Assembly (NCBI GenBank): GCA_965227515.1
Contig: CBDDFZ010000001.1
Span: 288,001 to 352,000 of the forward strand
Origin: Alphaproteobacteria bacterium
GTDB taxonomy: Bacteria > Pseudomonadota > Alphaproteobacteria > CALKHQ01
Direction of reading: 5' to 3'
Length of the DNA: 64,000 bases
Made by a program: the position numbers and the translations under genes. Below the pieces are notes generated by a model. The model saw only the letters and a program-made list of their open reading frames with translations, was not told the DNA's origin and made no database searches. Positions 28,721 through 39,078 of the stretch are shown piece by piece (the stretch's first letter is position 1; each line of letters begins with the position of its first letter).

Positions 28721-30226
28721 ATGGCGGGTCCACCGCAAACCGCCGCGCCGGCCGGGGCGCAAGACCTGTTGCCGGGGCGCTGGATCGCCCACTGCGCCCT
28801 GCTGATGGCCGCGTTCATGAACCTGGTCGACGTGACCATCGTCAACGTGGCGCTGCCGACCTTGCAGACGCACCTGAATGCCTCTCCGGCCGAGCTGGAA
28901 TGGCTGGTCGCCGCCTATGTGCTGGCATTCGCCGTCGGCCTGCTGCCGTTCGGCCGGCTTGGCGATATCGTCGGCCGGCGCCAGGTCTTTCTGTTCGGCG
29001 TGCTTGGCTTCACCGTCTTCTCGGTGATGTGCGGGGCGGCACCCAGCATCGGATGGCTGATCGCCGGCCGGGTGCTGCAAGGGCTGGCGGCAGCGGCTAT
29101 GATGCCGCAGACACTGGCCATCGCCCAGGTGATGTTCCCGCCGCAGGAACGCGGGCTGGCGTTCTCCCTGTTCGGTCTCAACGCCGGCATGGCCGCAGTC
29201 GCCGGGCCGCTGGTCGGCGGGCTGCTGATCGCCGCCGACCTGTTCGGCCTCGACTGGCGGCCGATATTCCTGGTCAACGTGCCCATCGGCATCATCGCGA
29301 TGATTGCCGGCCTGGCGTTGATTCCCAACATCCCGGGCCACCGGGGGCGGATCGACTGGATCGGCATTCCGCTCGGCGCAATTGCCGTGGTGTGCCTGGT
29401 ATTCCCCTTGGTCGAGGGGCGCGGCTTCGGCTGGCCAGTGTGGATATTCGTCATGCTGGCAGTGGCGCCGGTTGCGGCAACGGCCTTCGTGATGTGGCAG
29501 CATCGCCGCGCGCGGCTCGGCCTGCCGCAGTTGTTGCCGGTCGGCCTGTTGCACAATTCCAGCTATATGATCGGTGCCGCGATGACGACGGCGCTGTTCT
29601 CCGCCATGCCGAGCTTCTTCATGTCGTTCGCGATCTTCCTGCAGACCGGTTTCGGCTTCACCGCGTTCCAGTCCGGCTACACCACCGCACCGATGCCGGT
29701 CGGCATCTTTGTCGCCTCGCTGGTCGCCGGGCGCATCGGCAGCCGCGTGTTGCACGGCCGTGTCGCGTTCGGGGCCGTGGCCGTGCTGATCGGCTTCGTC
29801 TGGCTGCGCATCCTGATCGCCGACGTTACCGATAGCGTCAATCACTGGAGTGTGGCGCCGGCGCTGCTGGTGGTCGGTCTCGGCTTGGGCACGGCCATCG
29901 GGGCCATGTTCCAGATGGTGCTGGCGACCGTGCCCGACCGCGATGCCGGCTCGGGGTCCGGCGCGCTGCAATCGTTTCAGCAGGCGGGACTGGGGTTGGG
30001 CGTTGCGGTCGGCGGCGAGATCTTCTTTTCCACCATCGCCGCCAGCGAGGCCGGGCACCATGCCACCTACGTGAGCGCTCTGACCAACGAGATCATCTAC
30101 CAGTTCTGCGCCATGGCCGTGGTCTTGAGCCTGCTCGCGCTGATGTGGTGGCAGGCGAACCGCCGCGGGCCGAAAGAAAGGCAGGGCAGCGAAGGCCGCC
30201 CGACCGTGTCGGCGGTGGAGGCCTGA
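28721..30226 (+). CDS. MFS DHA2 (14-TM) efflux transporter
   Basis: DVTIVNVALPT, GRLGDIVGRR, GPLVGGLL, WRPIFLVNVPIG. Confidence 0.93.
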   Translation: MAGPPQTAAPAGAQDLLPGRWIAHCALLMAAFMNLVDVTIVNVALPTLQTHLNASPAELEWLVAAYVLAFAVGLLPFGRLGDIVGRRQVFLFGVLGFTVFSVMCGAAPSIGWLIAGRVLQGLAAAAMMPQTLAIAQVMFPPQERGLAFSLFGLNAGMAAVAGPLVGGLLIAADLFGLDWRPIFLVNVPIGIIAMIAGLALIPNIPGHRGRIDWIGIPLGAIAVVCLVFPLVEGRGFGWPVWIFVMLAVAPVAATAFVMWQHRRARLGLPQLLPVGLLHNSSYMIGAAMTTALFSAMPSFFMSFAIFLQTGFGFTAFQSGYTTAPMPVGIFVASLVAGRIGSRVLHGRVAFGAVAVLIGFVWLRILIADVTDSVNHWSVAPALLVVGLGLGTAIGAMFQMVLATVPDRDAGSGSGALQSFQQAGLGLGVAVGGEIFFSTIAASEAGHHATYVSALTNEIIYQFCAMAVVLSLLALMWWQANRRGPKERQGSEGRPTVSAVEA

Positions 30227-30231
30227 GCGGC

Positions 30232-31137
30232 GTGGCTTCGATAACCGCACAGCCCACACTGTCGCTGGAAGACGTGCGGCTGAGCGTTGGGCAGGGGCGT
30301 ACGCGTACGACCATCCTGCGCGATGTCTCGCTGGACGTGCGACCCGGCGAGGTGGTCGGGCTGGTCGGCGAATCCGGCGCCGGCAAGACCATGATCGGCC
30401 GGCTGGTGCTGGGCCTGGAACCGAAGGCCGCCTACCTGGAGCACGGCACCGTCACATTCGAGGGCCTTGACCTGCTGGCCGACCATGGCCGCGCGCGGCA
30501 TGCCCTGCTCGGCAAGCGCATCGCCTTGATCCCGCAGGACCCGATGAGCGCGCTGAACCCGGTGCACCGCATCGAACGCCAGCTCTGTGACGTGCTGCGC
30601 ATGCACCTGGGGATGAACGCCGCCAAGGCCAGGGCCCGCGCCCTGGAGCTGCTGGACGCCGTGCACCTGCCGAACCCGGCGCGGGTGCTGCGCCAGTTCC
30701 CGCATGAGCTTTCCGGCGGCATGCGCCAGCGGGTGCTGATCGCCATCGCGTTTGCCTGCGACCCGGCGCTGATCATCGCCGACGAGCCGACGACGGCGCT
30801 GGACGTGACCGTGCAACGCCAGGTGCTGCGCCTGATCCGCGAGATGCAGCACCGGGCCGGCACAGCGATCCTGTTCGTCACCCACGACCTGGGCGTTGTC
30901 GCCAAGCTCGCCGACCGGGTGGTGGTGCTGCACGCCGGGCGGGTGCTGGAGACCGGTGCTACCGAAGACGTGCTCGCCAACCCGGCGCATGCCTACACCC
31001 GTGCCCTGCTTGCCGCCACGCCGCGCTTCGACCGCCCGGCCGACGCGCTGGTCCCGGTCAGCCCCGAACTCAACGCGCAATTGCTGGCCGAGGCGGCAGC
31101 CTCCGATGACGCATTCGTGCAATCCCTCCAGCAATGA
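30232..31137 (+). CDS. Peptide ABC transporter ATP-binding protein (DppD-like)
   Basis: GESGAGKT, QDPMSALNP, FPHELSGGMRQR, ADEPTTALDV, HAYTRALL. Confidence 0.93.
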   Translation: MASITAQPTLSLEDVRLSVGQGRTRTTILRDVSLDVRPGEVVGLVGESGAGKTMIGRLVLGLEPKAAYLEHGTVTFEGLDLLADHGRARHALLGKRIALIPQDPMSALNPVHRIERQLCDVLRMHLGMNAAKARARALELLDAVHLPNPARVLRQFPHELSGGMRQRVLIAIAFACDPALIIADEPTTALDVTVQRQVLRLIREMQHRAGTAILFVTHDLGVVAKLADRVVVLHAGRVLETGATEDVLANPAHAYTRALLAATPRFDRPADALVPVSPELNAQLLAEAAASDDAFVQSLQQ

Positions 31138-31193
31138 CTTCGCCGCTGACCGCTCATACATTGCGTTGACGATTTCCGCGTGAGGGCAGGCCG

Positions 31194-31670
31194 ATGAGCA
31201 CCGATACCCAGACCGCCATTTTTGCCGCCGGCTGTTTCTGGCACCCGGAGGCCGTATTCCGCCAGTTGGAAGGCGTGGTCGAGACCGAGGTCGGCTACAC
31301 CGGCGGGACGGCCCGGAACCCGACCTATGAGCAGGTCTGTTCCAGGACCACCGGCCATGCCGAGGCGGTGCGGGTGGTGTTCGACCCGGCGCGGGTCGGC
31401 TATGAGGAGCTGCTGGACGTGTTCTGGCAGATCCACGACCCGACCCAGTTGAACCGTCAGGGCCCGGATGTCGGCAGCCAATACCGCTCGGCGATCTTCA
31501 CCACCGACGACACGCAGCACGCGGCGGCAGAAGCTTCGATGGCCGCCAAGCAGAGGCATTTCGGCGGCGGCATCGTCACGGAAATCACCCCGGCGACCAC
31601 GTTCTGGCGCGCCGAGGAATATCACCAGCGTTACGAGGACAAGCAGCGCCGCCGCTTCGGGCTGCTTTGA
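31194..31670 (+). CDS. msrA: Peptide methionine sulfoxide reductase A
   Basis: [32 protein letters not shown]. Confidence 0.95.
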   Translation: MSTDTQTAIFAAGCFWHPEAVFRQLEGVVETEVGYTGGTARNPTYEQVCSRTTGHAEAVRVVFDPARVGYEELLDVFWQIHDPTQLNRQGPDVGSQYRSAIFTTDDTQHAAAEASMAAKQRHFGGGIVTEITPATTFWRAEEYHQRYEDKQRRRFGLL

Positions 31671-31692
31671 CCGGTTGCAACAAACAACCATC

Positions 31693-31868
31693 TGTCGTCC
31701 TCGCCCTTGTGGCGAGGACCCATCGTTGTCCAGAAACTCAACAGGTTGAGACGAATCGGCATCTGAACTGGCGGGCGGATGGATGCGACGGTTCACCCAT
31801 CCAGCTTCGAACGGCACTGGCCCGGACCGCCCCACAAATGGGTCCTCGGGACAAGCCCGAGGACGACA
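31693..31868. repeat. Family-B REP doublet (176 bp)
   Basis: TGTCGTCCTCGCCCTTGTGGCGAGGACCCAT ... ATGGGTCCTCGGGACAAGCCCGAGGACGACA. Confidence 0.88.
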
Positions 31869-31930
31869 ATGGTGTGTTTGTCGAGGAGTGTGATTCCGGT
31901 CGGCCCAAGGCCGAGGGTGGCAAGAGTTGC

Positions 31931-32116
31931 CTAACTACCGCCGTTGCCATCGCGCCGCTGGCGGAACGAGCGCCAGAAGTCGTAGATGGCGAGGCCCGCG
32001 CCGATCAGGAACACGACGATCAGGTTGGCTTCGAGCACGAACATGCTGACGATGCCGATGAACCACAGGAAGGCCGCCAGCGAAATGAGCGCCAGGCCGG
32101 CATCCAATCCCTTCAT
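31931..32116 (-). CDS. Small two-TM membrane protein (61 aa)
   Basis: MKGLDAGLALISLAAFLWFIGIVSMFVLEANLIVVFLIGAGLAIYDFW... Its ATG overlaps the amidase TGA, with a GGAGG RBS. Not listed from this start in the ORF track. Confidence 0.8.
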   Translation of the reverse strand: MKGLDAGLALISLAAFLWFIGIVSMFVLEANLIVVFLIGAGLAIYDFWRSFRQRRDGNGGS

Positions 32117-33495
32117 CAGGAAGCCTCCCCGTCCATCAGCGACGCCATGAAGTGGCGCGCGGTGCGCAGCAGTCGACCGTCCTCGCCGGCGCGGCCGACC
32201 AGTTGCACGCCCAGCGGCAATCCATTGGCGCCGGTCATCATCGGCAGCGAGATCGCCGGGGTGCCCAGGAACGTCCATGGCGCGCAGAACACCGGGTTGC
32301 CGGTGGCGCCCAGGCCAAGCGGCGCCTCGCCCGGTGCCGACGGCGTGATGATGGCGTCGTAGCGCTCGAACACCTTCTCCAGGCCGGCGTTCAGGGTGTC
32401 GCGCCAGTCGATGGCGTTCATGAACTGGATGGCGCTGACCTCGCGCCCCTCCGCGAACAGGTCCTTGGTGACCTGGCTCAGCTTGTCGGCGCCGCGCTTC
32501 TCGTAGTGGCCGAGGTTGCGCGCCATGCCGGAGCACATCAGCGCCTGCTGCGCCGGCCACGCCTCGGCGAACACCGGGCCGATATCGACCTCGTCGCAGC
32601 GGTCGCCCAATGCGTCCATCAACTCGGCGAACGCAGCCTTGGTGTCGTCGTCGGCCTCGTCCCAGTGCGGCGTCTTGACGAAGGCGAACAGGGGCTCCAC
32701 CGGCGGTGTCGCGGTCGCGGTCTCATGCAGGCGGGAGGCGGCGCGCGGCTGGGTCGCCGTGTCCGCCGGGTCGAAGCCGAACAGCACGTCGGCGGCCAGC
32801 GCCGCACCGTCCACGTCGCGTGCGAACAGGCCGATGGTATCGAGCTGATGGCACTGCAGCAGCGTGCCGCCACGCCCGATGCGGCCGTGGGTCGGCTTGT
32901 ATCCCACCACGCCGCAGAACGAGGCCGGCCGCACCACCGAGCCCTTGGTCTGGGTGCCGATGGCGAGCGGTACCATGCCGGCGGCCACCGCCGCCGCGGA
33001 GCCGGACGACGAGCCGCCCGGCGTGCGGTTGGGGTCGTGCGGATTGCGGGTCTTGCCCGGCGAGAAGAAGGCGAGCTCGGTCGACACCGCCTTGCCCATG
33101 ATCACCGCCCCGGCGGCACGCAGCCGCGCGGCGACGGTGGAGTCGCGCTTCGGCTGGCGCCCGGCGTCCAGCACCGTGCCGTTCTCGGTCGGCATGTCGC
33201 AGGTGTCGATGATGTCCTTCAGCCCGACCGGAATGCCGTGCAACGCGCCCAGCGGCTGGCCGGTGCCGCGATAGGCATCCAGCGCCTTGGCCTGGTTGAT
33301 CACGTGCTCCGGGTCCAGGTGGGTCCAGGCCTGCACCTGCTCTTCCTTCGCCTCGATCTCGGCGAGGAAGGCGCGGGCGACGTCGACGGCGGAAACCGCG
33401 CCCGTCGCCAGCTTGTCGCGCAGGTCGGCCAGCGGCCAGTTGACCAGCTGCGGATCGACGGGACGTTGAACACTGGGGCGGTGAACGTCAGCCAT
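32116..33495 (-). CDS. Amidase-signature family amidase
   Basis: GIPVGLKD, TPGGSSSGSAAAV, GTQTKGSVVRPASFCG. Confidence 0.93.
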   Translation of the reverse strand: MADVHRPSVQRPVDPQLVNWPLADLRDKLATGAVSAVDVARAFLAEIEAKEEQVQAWTHLDPEHVINQAKALDAYRGTGQPLGALHGIPVGLKDIIDTCDMPTENGTVLDAGRQPKRDSTVAARLRAAGAVIMGKAVSTELAFFSPGKTRNPHDPNRTPGGSSSGSAAAVAAGMVPLAIGTQTKGSVVRPASFCGVVGYKPTHGRIGRGGTLLQCHQLDTIGLFARDVDGAALAADVLFGFDPADTATQPRAASRLHETATATPPVEPLFAFVKTPHWDEADDDTKAAFAELMDALGDRCDEVDIGPVFAEAWPAQQALMCSGMARNLGHYEKRGADKLSQVTKDLFAEGREVSAIQFMNAIDWRDTLNAGLEKVFERYDAIITPSAPGEAPLGLGATGNPVFCAPWTFLGTPAISLPMMTGANGLPLGVQLVGRAGEDGRLLRTARHFMASLMDGEAS

Positions 33496-35635
33496 AGACC
33501 AGCTCCGGTAGCCAATGCACGATCTCCGGGAACACGTAGACGATGATCATCGACAGGAACACCATCATCAGGAACGGCATACAGCCCCGGAAGATCTGGA
33601 CAAGGCGCACGTGTGGCGGCGCGATGCCCTTCAGGTAGTAGGCGGACATCGCCATCGGTGGCGTCAGGAACGACGTCTGCAGGTTCAGTGCCACCAGGAT
33701 GCCGAAGAACAGCGGGTCGATGTCGAAGATCGGCAGCAGCGGCAGGAAGATCGGCACGAAGATGATGACGATCTCGGACCATTCCAGCGGCCAGCCGAGC
33801 AGGAAGATGATGAACTGCGCCAGGATCAGGAAGCACAGGCCGCGCAGGAACGGCAACGCCTCGTCGGAGACCGAGAAGATGTCCTGGAAGAAGATCGCGA
33901 TGCCGTCGATGTGGGTGACCACGAACTCCTCGACGAGCTGCTCGCCGCCGAGGTAGGAGAACACCGACGAGAAGGTCCAGGAGCCGACGAACAGCCAGCA
34001 CACCATTGCCGAGGTGCGCACGGTCAAATAGACCGATTCGCGCATGCCGTCCCACTTGGTGCCGCAGGCGACCGCCGCCACCAGCGGGAAGCCCAAAGTG
34101 AAGGCATCCAGCAGGTGCCACAGCATCGGCGCTTCCGGGTCCGGATGCACGGCCCCGGTGACCAGAATGGCGGCGACCGCCACTGCCAACCCCAGGATTG
34201 CCGCGAAACCGGCAATGCGCAGGAACTGGTTCTCCAGCCGGTTGCTCGCCACATTGCGCGCCAGCCAGTGGAACAGGGTGCCCATCACCAGGAGGATCGC
34301 GCTCAGCCCGAACACGAACGCGGCATAGGTCGCCACGTCGGACAGGGTGTCGCCCAGCGTATACGGCGCCTCCGCCGCTTCCTCGCCCTCGGCGGCCTGG
34401 GCCGCGGCTTCCGCCGCCTCCTCGCCGCCGCCGAACAGCCAGCCGGCGATCTGGGCCACGATCATCACCGCCAAAGCCAACTGGAATGCGCGCATCAGCA
34501 ACGAGCGGACCGTGCCGTCCTGGGCAGCCTTCGCAAGCAAGCCGATCAGCGGCTGGCCCGTGGTCGCGACCAGCAGCGTCAACACCGCCGCGACCGCCAC
34601 CCACAGCCCGGGCGGCCATTCGGTGATGCCCTGCACATAGCCGAAGAACATGCCGGCGAACATGACCAGGATCAGGATGGCAAAGGCGCCGAAGGCGCCG
34701 AAGGCCACGCACGGCAGGAAGCCCAGGCGCGAGCCGCCGATGGACCACGCCGCCCACGGCGGCACGTGCTTGTCGGCGCCGCTGAAGAAGCCGTGCAACT
34801 GGTAGCTCGCGGCCAGCACCAGGCCGCCCAACGCGCCGATCGACGCCGCCTCGGAGGGTGTTGCCAGGCCGAACAGGATCGCGCCCAGCACCGACAGGAT
34901 CAGGATCGCCAGCGGCACGAACGACGTTGCCATCATCCGCATCACCTCACCGCGCGAAACGCCCTCGTAGGTCTCCTTCGGCGGCGGCGGCGCGATCTTC
35001 GGCTGCAGTGCTGCGCGGCCGATGACGTAAACCACGTAGAGCCCGGCCAACAGCGCGCCCGGCAGCAGCGCGCCGGCATAGAGCTGGACGATGGAAACGC
35101 TAGAGGTCGCCGCATAGACGATCAGCATGATCGACGGCGGGATCAGGATGCCCAGCGTGCCGCCGGCACAGATGACGCCGGATGCGAACTGGGTGTCGTA
35201 ACGCGCCTTCAGCATCGCCGGATAGGCGAGCAGGCCCATCAGCGTGATCACCGCGCCGACGATGCCGGTGGCGGTGGCGAACAGCGCGCAGGTGATCAGG
35301 GCGGCGACCGCCATGGAGCCCGGCACGCGCCGGGCGGCGATTTGCAGTGATGAGAACAAACGGGCAACAATATTGGCGCGTTCGACGATGTAGCCCATGA
35401 ACAGGAACAGCGGCACCGCCGTCAGCACGTCGTTCGACATCACCGAGTAGGTCTGGTTGACCAACAGGTTGAACACCCGGTTGTCGAGCAGGTTGTCCAT
35501 GCGGGCGGCGTCGAAATAGGCGTAGTAGCCAAAGCCCACGCCCAGCGCCATCAGGGTGAAGGCAATCGGGAAGCCCAGCATGATCAGGACGATGAAGACG
35601 CCCAGCATCATCACGCCGATGGTGGGATCGCTCAT
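33488..35635 (-). CDS. TRAP transporter large permease (DctM) with a large central insertion
   Basis: AVPLFLFMG, GTLGILIPPSI, ATPSEAA, NLQTSFLTPP. 715 aa. Confidence 0.92.
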   Translation of the reverse strand: MSDPTIGVMMLGVFIVLIMLGFPIAFTLMALGVGFGYYAYFDAARMDNLLDNRVFNLLVNQTYSVMSNDVLTAVPLFLFMGYIVERANIVARLFSSLQIAARRVPGSMAVAALITCALFATATGIVGAVITLMGLLAYPAMLKARYDTQFASGVICAGGTLGILIPPSIMLIVYAATSSVSIVQLYAGALLPGALLAGLYVVYVIGRAALQPKIAPPPPKETYEGVSRGEVMRMMATSFVPLAILILSVLGAILFGLATPSEAASIGALGGLVLAASYQLHGFFSGADKHVPPWAAWSIGGSRLGFLPCVAFGAFGAFAILILVMFAGMFFGYVQGITEWPPGLWVAVAAVLTLLVATTGQPLIGLLAKAAQDGTVRSLLMRAFQLALAVMIVAQIAGWLFGGGEEAAEAAAQAAEGEEAAEAPYTLGDTLSDVATYAAFVFGLSAILLVMGTLFHWLARNVASNRLENQFLRIAGFAAILGLAVAVAAILVTGAVHPDPEAPMLWHLLDAFTLGFPLVAAVACGTKWDGMRESVYLTVRTSAMVCWLFVGSWTFSSVFSYLGGEQLVEEFVVTHIDGIAIFFQDIFSVSDEALPFLRGLCFLILAQFIIFLLGWPLEWSEIVIIFVPIFLPLLPIFDIDPLFFGILVALNLQTSFLTPPMAMSAYYLKGIAPPHVRLVQIFRGCMPFLMMVFLSMIIVYVFPEIVHWLPELVYG

Positions 35636-36336
35636 GTCCGGTTGGGTCCGCTCTTGTCTGGATTGTTTTCGTTATCGGGCGATCCGCCCGGCGCAGCCGC
35701 GTCCTCGTCCCGCGTCAAGCCGGAGGGCACATCCACCGCCTCGCTGCCATGCAGCAGCACGTCGCGGGTCTTCTCGTCCAGGAGCTGCTGCTCCATCTCC
35801 TCGACGTCGGCGGCCTTCGGCGGCCAGTAGCCTTGTTGGATGCAGATGATGCAGCGGAAGACCTGGGCGATGCCCTGCAGCACCAGCAGGGCGCCGGCGG
35901 CCGGCATCACGGTCTTGAACTGGAAGATCGGCACGTTGGCCGGGCTCATGACGCTGACTTCGCCGGCATTGTTGTTGTAGCCCCAGGACTTGTCGGCGTA
36001 TTCCCACCCGGCGAACACCAGCGCCAGCACGCCGGGGAAGAAGAACAGCACGTAGAGGATGCATTCCATGATCGCCTGGGTCCGCGGCTTCCACAGGCGG
36101 TAGAACACATCGGCGCGTACGTGCCCGTCGCGCGACAGGGTGTACGCGCCGGCCATCATGAACAGCGTGCCGTACATCATGTACGAGATGTCGAACGCCC
36201 AGGACGTCGGGTCGCGCAGCAGATAGCGCACGAACACCTCGTAGGCGACACCCAGCGTCATGATCATGATGCACCAGGCGAACGCCTTGCCGAACCAGGA
36301 CGACAGTTTGTCGGCGAATGCGATGTAGGCTCTCAT
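35632..36336 (-). CDS. TRAP transporter small permease (DctQ)
   Basis: YEVFVRY, PTSWAFD, GHVRADV. Four TM helices. Confidence 0.92.
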   Translation of the reverse strand: MRAYIAFADKLSSWFGKAFAWCIMIMTLGVAYEVFVRYLLRDPTSWAFDISYMMYGTLFMMAGAYTLSRDGHVRADVFYRLWKPRTQAIMECILYVLFFFPGVLALVFAGWEYADKSWGYNNNAGEVSVMSPANVPIFQFKTVMPAAGALLVLQGIAQVFRCIICIQQGYWPPKAADVEEMEQQLLDEKTRDVLLHGSEAVDVPSGLTRDEDAAAPGGSPDNENNPDKSGPNRT

Positions 36337-36662
36337 CTTGGGTCTACGAGCGTACGCTTCTCACAGGTGACAGGTGACGATATCGACGGACGGCGCGAAA
36401 CGGCGACGCCCGCCGGGTGACAAGTACGAACACTGGCAGCGGCGATCCAGATCGGCGCCGGGTGGGGGAAGTTGGCCGGCAACGAGCTTGGCCCGCGGGG
36501 GTTGTTGCGCAAAGCGCGCGCCGGTTGCAACAAAATTTCGGCCTGCCCGCGAAATGCGGGATCAATGTTGCGTGTCGTGCGCCGGCCCTGCCGCCGCCGG
36601 CGGCAGGGGTACAAAGGCACCGTCACCCACACGATCGACGGCCGTCCGCCGCCGGTTGCCGA

Positions 36663-38006
36663 TCAGCCGAGCTCGTCCTCCCAGGCCGCCTGGGCGTCGC
36701 CCAGCGCTTCCTCGGGCGTCTTGTTGCCGGCGATCATTTCCGCCAGCTCGTCGCTCAGCGTGTTCATCAGCTTCGGCGTCTCCGGGATGGTCGGCCACGG
36801 GAACGCATTGCTGATCGCCTGCTCCACCGCGTCGGCCTGCAACGGCGCGAACTCGCGATACGCCTCCATCGCAGAATGGCGGATGGGATCGACGCCGGTC
36901 TTGTTGTTGGTCAGCACGTCGATATGGGTTTCCTTGCTGCCCGCCATGCGGACGAATTCCCACGCCATGTCGACGTTGTGCGACCCGGAGGAAACGCCGA
37001 ACCCGAAGCCGGCATTCATCGCCGGGCGGTGCACGGTGTTGTTGCCGCCCACCGGCATCGGCACCACGCCCCACTTGTCGACGATTGAGCTCTGCTCGGG
37101 GTCCTGCGCCCAGGTGCCCATGTCGGTCCAGAACTCGATCATGCCGCCCTGGCCGCCCAGGAACACCGGGATCGAGTTGCCGAACTCGGTCTCCGCCGGG
37201 GTCGGCAGAGCATAGGGCGCCGCATCCAGGATCGCCTGTGCGGCGCCGATGGCGGCGTCGGTGGTCAGCGCCGGTGCGCCGTTGGAGTCCAGGAAGTCGC
37301 CGCCGAAGCCGCCGAGCCGGTTGGCATAGGTGGAGCAGATGATAATCGGCACCTTCAGGCCCATGATGATGCAGCCATAGATGCCGTCGCCGCTCTCCGC
37401 CTCGGTGATCGCCTTGGCGACCGCGGTGTACTCGGCCCAGGTGGTCGGCGGGGTCTGGCCGTTCCGCTCCAGGATTTCGGCATTGTAGAACAGCACGTGG
37501 GTGTCGCCGTCATAGGGCAGGCCATAGCGGCGGCCGTCGACCAGCGTGTAGGCGTCGTAGAGTGCGCCGAGATAGTCGTCGGGATCGAGGTCGGCGTCGG
37601 CGGCGATGCGGTCGGTCACGTCCAGCAGCACGCCGTCGCGCGCCAGCGCTTCCTTGTCGGCGTACCAGTACTCGAACACGTCCATCTCGTTGGCGCCGGA
37701 CACCACGTCCAGGGTCGCCTGCGCGGTGATCTGGTCGTAGGGCACCTTCACCGCCTCGACGGTGGCGCCGGTCAGCTCGGCGAACGCGGCCGACAGCGGG
37801 TCGATCGAGCCGGCATGCGGGTTGATGACCATGAATCGCAGCGTCTCGCCGGAGAAATCGGCGGCGCGGCCCAGCTTCATCAGCGCCGGGTTGGCGAGCA
37901 ACGGCCCGGCCAGCGCGGCCGAGGCAGCACCGCGCACGAACCGGCGGCGGGTCACCCCGGTGTTTTCGGCAGGGGCATTCAACAGGTTGGACAGTCTGCT
38001 CGTCAC
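36663..38006 (-). CDS. Tat-exported sugar-type ABC substrate-binding protein
   Basis: TRRRFV Tat motif, YGLPYDGD..LFYN, PPTTWAEY. GTG start after GGAGG. Confidence 0.88.
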   Translation of the reverse strand: MTSRLSNLLNAPAENTGVTRRRFVRGAASAALAGPLLANPALMKLGRAADFSGETLRFMVINPHAGSIDPLSAAFAELTGATVEAVKVPYDQITAQATLDVVSGANEMDVFEYWYADKEALARDGVLLDVTDRIAADADLDPDDYLGALYDAYTLVDGRRYGLPYDGDTHVLFYNAEILERNGQTPPTTWAEYTAVAKAITEAESGDGIYGCIIMGLKVPIIICSTYANRLGGFGGDFLDSNGAPALTTDAAIGAAQAILDAAPYALPTPAETEFGNSIPVFLGGQGGMIEFWTDMGTWAQDPEQSSIVDKWGVVPMPVGGNNTVHRPAMNAGFGFGVSSGSHNVDMAWEFVRMAGSKETHIDVLTNNKTGVDPIRHSAMEAYREFAPLQADAVEQAISNAFPWPTIPETPKLMNTLSDELAEMIAGNKTPEEALGDAQAAWEDELG

Positions 38007-38202
38007 GATCTCTTCCTCCCGTGCGACGGTCATGTCGATGGGCCTTTGCGGCCCTTGGCGCGAACCATAGTACAGTCGGCGCGCGGTGTGTACACCCGCG
38101 ACGCGGTCTCCCCGCTTTGGCCTGCGGTATGGCTGTTGCATCGCAAAACGATGCGCTACAAGCGCGCGACTCACTCAAAACTCGGCAAGGCGGGGACCTG
38201 GA

Positions 38203-38967
38203 ATGAACGTAGATGGACATGCGGCGCTGGTGACAGGCGGCGGATCGGGCATGGGGGCCGCGACGGCGCGGGCGCTGGCGGCGGCAGGCGCCAAGGTGGC
38301 GTGCCTGGACGTGAACATGGAGGCCGCCAATGCCGTGGCCGGCGAAATCGGCGGCATCGCGGTCGAATGCAATGTCGCCGACGCCAAGAGCGCGGAAGAT
38401 GCGGTGGCCGCGGCGCGCGACGCCCATGGCCCGGCGCGCGTGCTGATCAACTGTGCCGGCATCGCCACCGGCGCGCGCCTGGTGGGGCGCGACGGGCCGC
38501 ACGACTTCGACCTGTTCGCGCGCACCATCAACATCAACCTTTTGGGCTCGTTCAACCTGATGCGGCTGGCCGCGACCGATATGGCCGGCATGGACACGCT
38601 GAACGAGGATGGCGAGCGCGGCTTCGTCATCAACACCGCGTCGGTCGCGGCATTCGACGGCCAGATCGGCCAGGTCGCCTACAGCGCGTCCAAGGGCGGC
38701 ATCGTCGGCCTGACCCTGCCGGCGGCCCGCGAGCTGGCGAAATTCGGCATTCGCGTGGTCACCATCGCGCCCGGCATCATCGGCACGCCCATGATGTCCG
38801 GTCTGCCGCAAGACGTGCAGGACAGCCTGGCCACCCAGATCCCGTTCCCGTCGCGCCTGGGCCGGGCCGACGAATATGCCTCGCTGGTCATGCACATTGC
38901 CGGGAACGAGCTGATCAACGGCGAGACCATTCGGCTGGACGGCGCCATCCGCATGGCGCCGAAATAG
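38203..38967 (+). CDS. SDR, 3-hydroxyacyl-CoA dehydrogenase type 2 (HSD10-like)
   Basis: TGGGSGMG, NCAGI, ERG..INTASVAAFDGQIGQ.AYSASKGG, INGETIRLDG. Confidence 0.92.
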   Translation: MNVDGHAALVTGGGSGMGAATARALAAAGAKVACLDVNMEAANAVAGEIGGIAVECNVADAKSAEDAVAAARDAHGPARVLINCAGIATGARLVGRDGPHDFDLFARTININLLGSFNLMRLAATDMAGMDTLNEDGERGFVINTASVAAFDGQIGQVAYSASKGGIVGLTLPAARELAKFGIRVVTIAPGIIGTPMMSGLPQDVQDSLATQIPFPSRLGRADEYASLVMHIAGNELINGETIRLDGAIRMAPK

Positions 38968-39078
38968 GTCGTCCCGCACCCGACGCCGCGGCGCGCTCGA
39001 TTGCCGTGGCAACGGAAACCTTATGTTAGCGCCGCCATGCCACCTTGGGGCCAGGCCAGGTAGCCCCAAGGGTCAGGT

